11,318 nt of DNA from Octopus sinensis (taxonomy: Eukaryota), in the NCBI RefSeq assembly GCF_006345805.1, contig NW_021826840.1:1-11318 (forward strand), read 5' to 3'. Shown piece after piece: positions 1 through 7,636 of this stretch (position 1 is its first letter; each line of letters begins with the position of its first letter). Position numbers and translations under genes: made by a program. Below the pieces are notes generated by a model. The model had not been told where the DNA came from. It did not search any database and saw nothing but the letters and a program-made list of their open reading frames with translations.

Positions 1-218
1 ATACATCAAAGTGACACTGGGGTACAAATATACGAAGCCCAGTATACCCATCATGACTATCCGTCTGATAAGGGTACCCCAGGTACATGCATCACAACCA
101 TCTGTGCACGACATGGAGATCACATATCAAGATAAACAGGACATGACCTTACAAATGGCGCCCAGTTAGAATTTTCTTCAGGTTGAGTAGCCCATCCTGC
201 TCAAAAGGTCCCTAAATA
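1..218 (-). mobile_element. Probable fragment of an interspersed retroposon-like repeat, cut by the window edge
   Basis: Resembles from memory a common octopus repeat (not searched). In-window support is limited to a perfect 9-bp inverted repeat, CTGGGGTAC 17-25 / GTACCCCAG 74-82, and an abrupt end at a SINE junction. Confidence 0.3.
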
Positions 219-378
219 GTCGACCTCGGCGGAATTTGAACTCAGAACGTAGCGGCAGACGAAATACCGCTAAGCATTTCGCCCGGTATGCTAACGTTTT
301 TGCCAGCTCGCCGCCTAAATTCTTTTCTTTTCTACTCTAGGCACAAGGCCCGAAATTTTGGAGGAGAGGGTAGTCGAC
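219..378 (-). mobile_element. SINE family 1: tRNA-like head (219-315) plus tail B of an upstream monomer (317-378), inverted
   Basis: The reverse complement of 219-315 is near-identical to the head at 10064-10160. The reverse complement of 317-378 matches tail B at 4145-4199. Confidence 0.93.
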
Positions 379-515
379 TTTGCCTTTTATCCTTCCGGGG
401 TCGAATAAACAAGCACCAGTTACGCACTGGGGTCGATATAATCGACTTAATCCATTTGTCTGTCCTTGTTCGTCCCCTCTATGTTTAGCCCCTTGTGGGC
501 AATAAAGAAACAAGG
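373..515 (+). mobile_element. SINE family 1 body plus tail A
   Basis: GTCGACTTTGCCTTT...ACTGGGGTCGATATAATCGACTTAATCCATTTGTC...CCCCTTGTGGGCAATAAAGAAA aligns to 3871-4007 and 10155-10292. Confidence 0.93.
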
Positions 516-536
516 AAAGGTTGTTACTATTATAAA

Positions 537-593
<57 letters not shown>
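537..593. repeat. (TAG)19 microsatellite
   Basis: Perfect trinucleotide run read directly. Confidence 0.98.
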
Positions 594-834
594 GAACAGC
601 AGGCTCTGATTGCTCCGATAATCGGCGGTGACTTGGTTGGGGAATCTTCTGCTACGGTCGACAACCGACGGAAAGATGAGCGGCTACTGATCACAGTATC
701 GCAAAGTACTTAGTTCTGTGATCGGGAACTACATGTGACCTTTTATTTCCACTGAAGCTCCGATCATAAACTCATGGTTGGAGCCGGCTCAACCTACCCG
801 GGGTTAAATCCGCCGCAGAAAAGCAAATAGAAGT

Positions 835-1071
835 AAGGCGGCGAGCTGGCAGAATTATTAACATGCCGGACAAAATTGCTCAGTGACATTTCTTACGGCT
901 CCTTATGCTTTGAGGGCAAATTCCGTTTGCCTCCTAACGTTTTGAGTTCAAATGCAGCCGAGATCAGTTTTACCTTTCATCCTTTAGAGATGAACACTAG
1001 CGTCGATGTAATTGATTAACCCCGTCTCCTACTATTACTCGCCTCGTGATGCCAAAATTTGAAGCCGTTAT
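835..1071 (+). mobile_element. Older diverged SINE family 1 copy with tail C and a duplicated B-box region
   Basis: Starts AAGGCGGCGAGCTGGCAGAA; two B-box-like blocks (about 897-925 and 930-958); body CCTTTCATCCTTT and GTCGATGTAATTGA; ends GCCAAAATTTGAAGCCGTTATT. Confidence 0.8.
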
Positions 1072-1078
1072 TGAAAAA

Positions 1079-1165
1079 GGGCAGCGAGCAGGCAGAATAT
1101 TAAGCACGCCGGACAAAATGCTTAGCAACATTTTTTCTGACTCTTTAGGTCCTGAGTTCAAATTC
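1079..1165 (+). mobile_element. Diverged SINE family 1 head only
   Basis: GGGCAGCGAGCAGGCAGAATATTAAGCACGCCGGACAAAATGCTTAGC...CTGAGTTCAAATTC matches the family head. Confidence 0.8.
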
Positions 1166-1226
1166 TTAGTTTCTTCCTCAATTTCATGGACGGCTGTTCA
1201 TTCTATAGCACCACTTATCCTCGATG

Positions 1227-1277
1227 GTAGTAGTAGTAGTAGTAGTAGTAGTAGTAAGTAGTAGTAGTAGTAGTAGT

Positions 1278-1349
<72 letters not shown>

Positions 1350-1358
1350 GGTGGTGGT
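1227..1358. repeat. Compound triplet microsatellite (GTA)n(GCA)n(GTA)n(GTG)n
   Basis: Read directly. Confidence 0.97.
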
Positions 1359-1963
1359 TATATTGGCTTTGTCATTACAGAGGTAATAGAGGCAGTATAG
1401 GTGGGGTTGTTATAGAATACGAAATGGAGTAGAGGTTGTTTTATCGACGTACCGAAATTGTGACTCAATGTTGTATATATTCAATGCGATAAAATTTCTG
1501 AAACCATTTAAGTAAGCTTCCGTCGACAACTTCCTTGCAAAACAAACAAACAAGAGCAACAACAACAACTATAACAACAAAATAGAAAAGAATAGTAAAA
1601 GAAGACACAAGCGTCGCACGTTCTCTAAAGCGCTAAAACTCTATGGTTTCGTATTTATATATGGAACACTCGAGCCGTAAGTATTGATCAAGAATGACTC
1701 CATTTTGTTTTTAGAAACAGCGTTTTTGTATGGGACATATTTAATCTTGTCAAACAAGACGTATTTAAATTATTTTTCTTTTTTTTTTTTTAAATGTTAG
1801 CAAAATCATAACACAGATTAGCGGCTAGAGAAGAAATTACATCATTTTTGCATTATTGAATCTTGTTCTTATTGTTGATATTGGTTGTGTTTACATAGTT
1901 CTTAACTACAGGGAATGAAGTGGTTGACACGCCGCTACGTAGGCACAGAGATACACACACTCA

Positions 1964-1965
<2 letters not shown>

Positions 1966-1996
<31 letters not shown>
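1966..1996. repeat. (TG)n microsatellite
   Basis: Read directly. Confidence 0.97.
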
Positions 1997-1998
<2 letters not shown>

Positions 1999-2221
1999 CT
2001 ATGTATGTGTGTGTAAAGAGAGAGAGGGGGAGGGAAGAAGGTGATAAAGGAACGGTTAGACAGAGAAAGTGTGTATACAAGAAAAATTTAGGGCATAGTA
2101 ATATAGCGTTAACTGAATGGAAATGAACACTGATAAAAATACATACGCACATACACGCACACATACACACACATAAACATACATATATCTGCATATAAAT
2201 ATATTCATGTATGTATATGTG

Positions 2222-2234
<13 letters not shown>

Positions 2235-2309
<75 letters not shown>
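2235..2309. repeat. (AT)n microsatellite, interrupted
   Basis: Read directly. Confidence 0.97.
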
Positions 2310-2323
2310 CACGTGTGTGTTGC

Positions 2324-2445
<122 letters not shown>

Positions 2446-2553
2446 TTGATACATATATATGACATTATTCAATAAGTGTGCAATCAATACCTAAAATGTT
2501 CATACCCAAATTAAAGTGTGAGTTCTCCGGTTTCGTAAACGTGTGCACTCGTC

Positions 2554-2640
2554 AGTGAGCTGCTGAAGTATATTTGAATCTGATGGGTGAGGATTGTTCG
2601 ATATGTCCTGCGTTCAAAGTTTGCCAAGTTTGACTTTGTC
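2554..2640 (+). mobile_element. Highly decayed SINE family 1 head
   Basis: GTCCTGCGTTCAAAGTTTGCCAAGTTTGACTTTGTC (2605-2640) resembles GTTCTGAGTTCAAATTCCGCCGAGGTCGACTTTGCC. The 5' part is only weakly similar. Confidence 0.5.
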
Positions 2641-2832
2641 TCTTTTTTTTTTCTATTGTCAATAAAGTAATAGAAGAATTGATGTATCGATTAATCTGTT
2701 TCGAAAAGGTCGTATCATATTCTTCAAGAATTTAAGCCTAAAAGTCACTGTAGATAGTAATTTATATGTTACTCTAAATTTTGAAACCAGTCGATTTTAT
2801 CTGTGATATATCCAATGAAAGATTATTTCATA

Positions 2833-2950
2833 CCCTTTTATCCTTCAGGGTTTGATAAAATAAGTACCAATCGAGCGCTAGAATTGATTTAATCGACTTG
2901 CCCCTCCGCCAAATTTTGTGGCCTTATGCCTATTGTATAAATAAATATTA
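2833..2950 (+). mobile_element. Decayed SINE family 1 body plus tail B
   Basis: CCTTTTATCCTTCAGGGTTTGATAAAATAAGTACCA...AATCGACTTGCCCCTCC...GGCCTTATGCCTA. Confidence 0.8.
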
Positions 2951-2975
2951 TTACCTGTCATATCCTGCCACAGTA

Positions 2976-3270
2976 AGAACCCAATACGGTAGCAACTTGG
3001 GGTTCAAAGGCCCGTAACTTTTCAATATATTGCCAAAAGTCCTCGGAGATCAATGAGGTGTTGCTGTGGATGTTTTCAAAGAACAGTTATACAAATTTTT
3101 ATCTGATTTATCAAATGAACTCACATCACGACAAGGAACGCAATGAAGGGCAGCTTTGTCCAACTTACGACAGATTCCAGTGACAAGACCGGGAAAATGA
3201 GACAAAAATAACAAGCATTAATGCTAACGGCGGTGCTGCAGCTTCTGGAACTGATATAAAAATATAGAAT
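2976..3270 (+). mobile_element. Decayed 3' end of a CR1/L2-group LINE (ORF2 C-terminus with three in-frame stops, plus 3' UTR)
   Basis: Hand translation from 2976: RTQYGSNLGFKGP*LFNILPKVLGDQ*GVAVDVFKEQLYKFLSDLSNELTSRQGTQ*RAALSNL. This matches from memory the post-RT pattern GPxLFNxLP...VDxFKxxLDKFL...PDEP...RAAxSN of CR1/L2-type ORF2. A GGCGGTGC-containing 3' UTR follows at 3229. Confidence 0.75.
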
Positions 3271-3777
3271 CTATAAGACTTCCAATCACCGGCCAAGTAT
3301 TCTTGAAAGATTAGTCTTCGATATTAGTAAATGAATTTTCATTACATATTCTTTCAGTAAAATCTTGTAATTGCCGGCAATCAAAATCTTATAATATTTC
3401 TTTATTATTTTATTTACTGTTCTTATATTAATAAGTGTCCATAGATAACTTGTTTTATTTACAACGTCTCTCATGTAAACAAGAGAACATTAGTTTGAGA
3501 GTAGATCTTCTGCAATTTTTATGATCTTGAAATTTCCTCAAAAGGTGTATAATCTGAGCGAACATGAACATTCGACCGTGCAATTTGCAATTTTGCAATT
3601 TATTGCTCAACCTCTGTTCTAGTTTTGATTTCCACGGTCAAATACCACAGATGTACACAGAGATATTTCTCTCTTTCACAAATTCACATCAATCATCAAA
3701 CTACATAATTGTTGCTTTTACTTTATTTTCCATCTATTTTGTCTGCACGTTTTTCTATATAATATTATTAAGTTGCG

Positions 3778-4199
3778 AAGGCGGAGACCTGGCAGAAACG
3801 TTAGCACGCTCGGCGAAATGCTTAGCAGTATTTCGTCTGTCTTTACGTTCTGAGTTCAAATTCTGCCGAGGTTGACTTTGCCTTTCATCCTTTCGGGGTT
3901 GATAAATTAAGTACCACTTACGCACTGGGGTCGATGTAATCAACTTAATCCCGTTGTCTGACCTTGTTTGGCCCTCTGTGTTTAGCCCCTTGTGGGCAAT
4001 AAAGAAATAAGAAAAGTTAACACGCCCGGCGAAATGCTTAGCGGTATTTCGTCTGTCTTTACGTCCTGAATTCGAATTCCGCCGAGATCGACTTTGCCTT
4101 TCATCCTTTCAGGTTCGATAAATTGCGTACTGGGGTCGATCTAATCGACTTACCCCCTCCACAAAAGTTTCGGGCCTTGTGCATAGAATAGAAAAGAAT
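3778..4199 (+). mobile_element. SINE family 1 dimer: full monomer with tail A (3778-4010) plus 5'-trimmed monomer with tail B (4011-4199)
   Basis: Both units align to the family. The first has A-box-like TGGCAGAAACG and B-box-like GTTCAAATTC. Confidence 0.95.
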
Positions 4200-4687
4200 T
4201 TTATAAAGTTATGACGAAGATTTTTATGAAAGCGCTTTCAATGGTCTACACACGTGGTATAAACAAAAACTGTCATGCTTCTTATCGTTAGTGCTATATT
4301 ATTTTCGGTAGCAGTTGTATTTCCGGTTTAGTTTCGGATTGACGATGTTTATAAATAATCCCTTTTGGCTTTGTATAATTCTTCATTTTCTTTCTATATT
4401 GCGAAAAAAGATGTATTTTGAATTTTCTATTTGCACAGACGTCTAAATATTCTGTTTATCGTACATTCTTAACAGTTGGATGCGAAATTTGTTGTTTATG
4501 TCGATACGCTGATGCGGTACATAGAAAAATTTGGCTTATGCTATGTGTCTGAAGAACCGATGATGGACGAAAGCATTTTTTTTTTTTTAATTCCTTATCA
4601 TCCATCACATCTGTTTTGATTTCTTTTGATTTATGTGTGTGTGCGTACACATACATACATACATACAGATCGAAAGATAGATAGATT

Positions 4688-4799
<112 letters not shown>

Positions 4800-4848
4800 T
4801 ACATATACATAGATAAGTAGATATATATAGGCACATATATACATATTC

Positions 4849-5296
4849 CGTGTTCTTCGAAAAGAGCATCATTTTATCATATTTGATTTTCAAAAACCTA
4901 ACACTCGTAAATATGTATGCACACACACACGCACGCACACACACACACACACACACACACTCACTCACACATTCACTCACACACACACACACTCGCGCAC
5001 TCATATCTATGTACATTTATATGCACTTGTATGTGTGTGTAGGTGTATATGTATGTATAGATACATATGCATATATATATATATATATATATACATACAT
5101 ATATATAAATATATATATATATGTTTATTTATATGTTTATATAAAAACATAAACACATAGACACACACACTCACACACATATGCACATATATGCACATAC
5201 GTTTGCATAGGTGGGTGAGTACGCCTTCAAATATTTATGACTGTCAGGTTTTTGAAAATTAAGCATGATATAATGCTGCCCTTTGCGAAAGATACG
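4849..5296. repeat. 66-bp inverted repeat pair (4849-4914 / 5231-5296) around a 316-bp CA/TA-microsatellite-rich spacer
   Basis: Hand alignment of arm 1 against the reverse complement of arm 2 gives 53/66 identity with no gaps. Confidence 0.85.
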
Positions 5297-5303
5297 CTAT
5301 ATA

Positions 5304-5306
<3 letters not shown>

Positions 5307-5352
<46 letters not shown>
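5307..5352. repeat. (GT)23
   Basis: Read directly. Confidence 0.98.
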
Positions 5353-5358
<6 letters not shown>

Positions 5359-5620
5359 GAGAGAGATTCTGTGTATATGGAAACAAACGCACACACACAC
5401 ACACATACACAAACATACATTCATACACACATGCTTATATATATATAAGAGTGTGTGAGAGAGAAAGAGAGAGCAGGAGTAGGTGTGTGTTTGAAACGGT
5501 GGATATAAATCTACTGAAATTGATTGTAAAAACAAAGGCAGTCAATGAGTGATGTGTATGTGTGTATATGTGTGTACAGTTTCTATGTTTATATATACAC
5601 GTGTGTATATGTTTATCCAT

Positions 5621-5625
5621 ATACA

Positions 5626-5657
<32 letters not shown>

Positions 5658-5673
5658 AATATATGTATATATG

Positions 5674-5759
<86 letters not shown>

Positions 5760-5771
5760 ATATATATATAT
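5621..5771. repeat. (ATAC)n followed by interrupted (AT)n
   Basis: Read directly. Confidence 0.97.
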
Positions 5772-6101
5772 GCATATGTGTGAGGTGCATGAGTGCAACA
5801 AGCGATATAAATCTACCAAAATTAATTGAAGTAATATAAGACATTTAAACGGGGAGTTTGACAAAGGACAGATGCCAAGGTTGTAAACCTGGTTGTTTAT
5901 ATCTTTTGTTAGTTTGTTAGCTTATTAGTTTATCTCTTCTGTAATTCGTGTTCTTTTTATAAATTTATGCCAAGGTAATATTGAACCTGATACACCGTGA
6001 CATCGGTAAGAATTCTTTTCTTTTTAGTCAAGTGTCAAACATGCCACCATTCTTCGTGAAAGTAAATCATTGTTCTTGGTGTTGTTATTATTGGCACTGA
6101 C

Positions 6102-6232
6102 TCCGCCGAGGTCGACTTTGCCTTTCATCCTTTGGAGGTCGATAAATTAAGTACCAGTTGCATACTGGGGTCGATGTAATCGACTATCCCCCTTCCCCCA
6201 AATTTCAGGCCTTGTGCCTATAGTAGAAAGGG
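6102..6232 (+). mobile_element. 5'-truncated SINE family 1 with tail B
   Basis: TCCGCCGAGGTCGACTTTGCC...GGCCTTGTGCCTATAGTAGAAAGG. Confidence 0.93.
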
Positions 6233-6246
6233 TTATTGCTGCTGAC

Positions 6247-6398
6247 TACGTTCTGGGTTCCAATTCCACCGAGGTCGACTTCGCCTTTCATCCTTTCGGG
6301 GTCGATAAATTAAGTCCCAGTTACGTACTGGGGTCGATATAATCAACTGGGGCACCTCCCCCAAAATGTCAGGCCTTATGCCTATAGTAGAGAGGTTA
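6247..6398 (+). mobile_element. 5'-truncated SINE family 1 with tail B and a 14-bp target-site duplication
   Basis: Flanked by identical TTATTGCTGCTGAC at 6233-6246 and 6399-6412. Confidence 0.93.
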
Positions 6399-6417
6399 TT
6401 ATTGCTGCTGACGTTTA

Positions 6418-6624
6418 AGGTGGTATGTTAGCGGATACATTAGAATGTCGGAAAAGATTTCTGGTTCTTTAGATCCTGTGTTCGAATCCAGCCAATATTA
6501 ACCTTGCTCTTCATTTTTTTCGAGAGCGATAACAAAAAATACCACTCAAACACTGGATTCTATGTAATCGAGTTATATCTCTTCAACTAAAACATGCTGG
6601 CCCTGGGGCTAAATTAGAAACATT
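6418..6624 (+). mobile_element. Highly diverged SINE family 1 copy with tail C
   Basis: AAGGTGGT start; B-box-like GTTCGAATCC; CACTGGATTCTATGTAATCGA; ends GCTGGCCCTGGGGCTAAATTAGAAAC. Confidence 0.65.
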
Positions 6625-7491
6625 TGTTACTGTCGTTGTATGTTAAGGCTATTATATGTTACTGTCGTTGTATGTTACGGTCATTGTATGTTACGGTCAT
6701 TATATGTTACTGTCGTGGTATGTTACGGTCATTGTATGTTACGGTCATTGTATGTTACGGTCATAGTATGTTACGGTCATTGTATGATACGGTCATTGTA
6801 TGTTACGGTTATTGTATGTTACGGTCATTATATGTTACTGTCGTTGTATGTTACTGTCATTGTGTGTTACGGTCATTATATGTTACTGTTGTTGTATGTT
6901 ACTGTCGTTGTATGTTACGGTCATTGTATGTTACGGTCATTATATGTTACTGTCGTTGTATGTTACTGTCATTGTATGTTACGGTCATTGTATGTTACGG
7001 TCATAGTATGTTACGGTCATTGTATGATACGGTCATTGTATGTTACGGTTATTGTATGTTACGGTCATTATATGTTACTGTCGTTGTATGTTACTGTCAT
7101 TGTGTGTTACGGTCATTATATGTTACTGTTGTTGTATGTTACTGTCGTTGTATGTTACGGTCATTGTATGTTACGGTCATTGTATGTTACTGTCGTTGTA
7201 TGTTACGGTCATTGTATTTTACGCTCATTGTATGTTACTGTCGTTGTATGTTACGGTCAGTATATGTTACTGTCGTATGTTACTGTCGTATGTTACGGTC
7301 ATTATATATTACTGTCGTATGTTACGTTCATTGTGTGTTATGGTCATTGTGTGTTACGGTCATTATATGTTACTGTCGTTGTATGTTACTGTCGTATGTT
7401 ACGGTCATTGTATGTTACGGTCATTATATGTTACGGTCATTGTATGTTACGGTCATTGTATGTTACGGTCATTGTATGTTACTGTCGTTGT
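6625..7491. repeat. 16-bp minisatellite TGTTAC(T/G)GTC(G/A)TT(G/A)TA, 55 units, four of them 13 bp
   Basis: Parsed unit by unit. Explains the 16-aa periodic ORFs (3 units = 48 nt). Confidence 0.97.
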
Positions 7492-7499
7492 CTAGAGCA

Positions 7500-7590
7500 A
7501 TGTATCTGCGGAATCGTATAAAGTTCGGACAAAAAAAATCCTCGTGGTATTTGTTTTGTTCCGAGTTCAAATTCTGCAGGAATCAAAATT
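7500..7590 (+). mobile_element. Decayed SINE family 1 head
   Basis: CTGCGGAATCGT...CGGACAAAA...GGTATTT...GTTCCGAGTTCAAATTCTGC. Confidence 0.6.
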
Positions 7591-7636
7591 TTTGTGTGGT
7601 CAATAGAAGAAATAATCATTCAACTACTGAGACAAA

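Noticed and set aside
30-72. Hammerhead-like words CGAAG and CTGATAAG
   Set aside because: Both deviate from GAAA and CUGAUGA, and I could not form stem III.
760-815. Twister or HDV-like ribozyme in the CpG-rich segment
   Set aside because: Conserved core motifs and pseudoknot pairings could not be found by eye.
1631-1682. VFIYGTL resembling the gamma-glutamylcyclotransferase motif, before GTAAGT
   Set aside because: No start codon or further similarity, low-complexity upstream frame and a stop right after; likely chance.
3765-4210. Possible TSD of the dimer, TTATTAAGTT / TTATAAAGTT
   Set aside because: 9/10 match in AT-rich DNA and offset 3 nt from the element start; too weak to claim.
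5872-5990. ATGCCAAGGT repeated at 5872 and 5967, each followed by AACCTG
   Set aside because: Only 10 bp exact with different spacing; cannot be distinguished from chance or a trivial old duplication.
6625-7491. CRISPR-like regular repeats (also the SINE multimers)
   Set aside because: No unique spacers, no cas genes, and a eukaryotic context.
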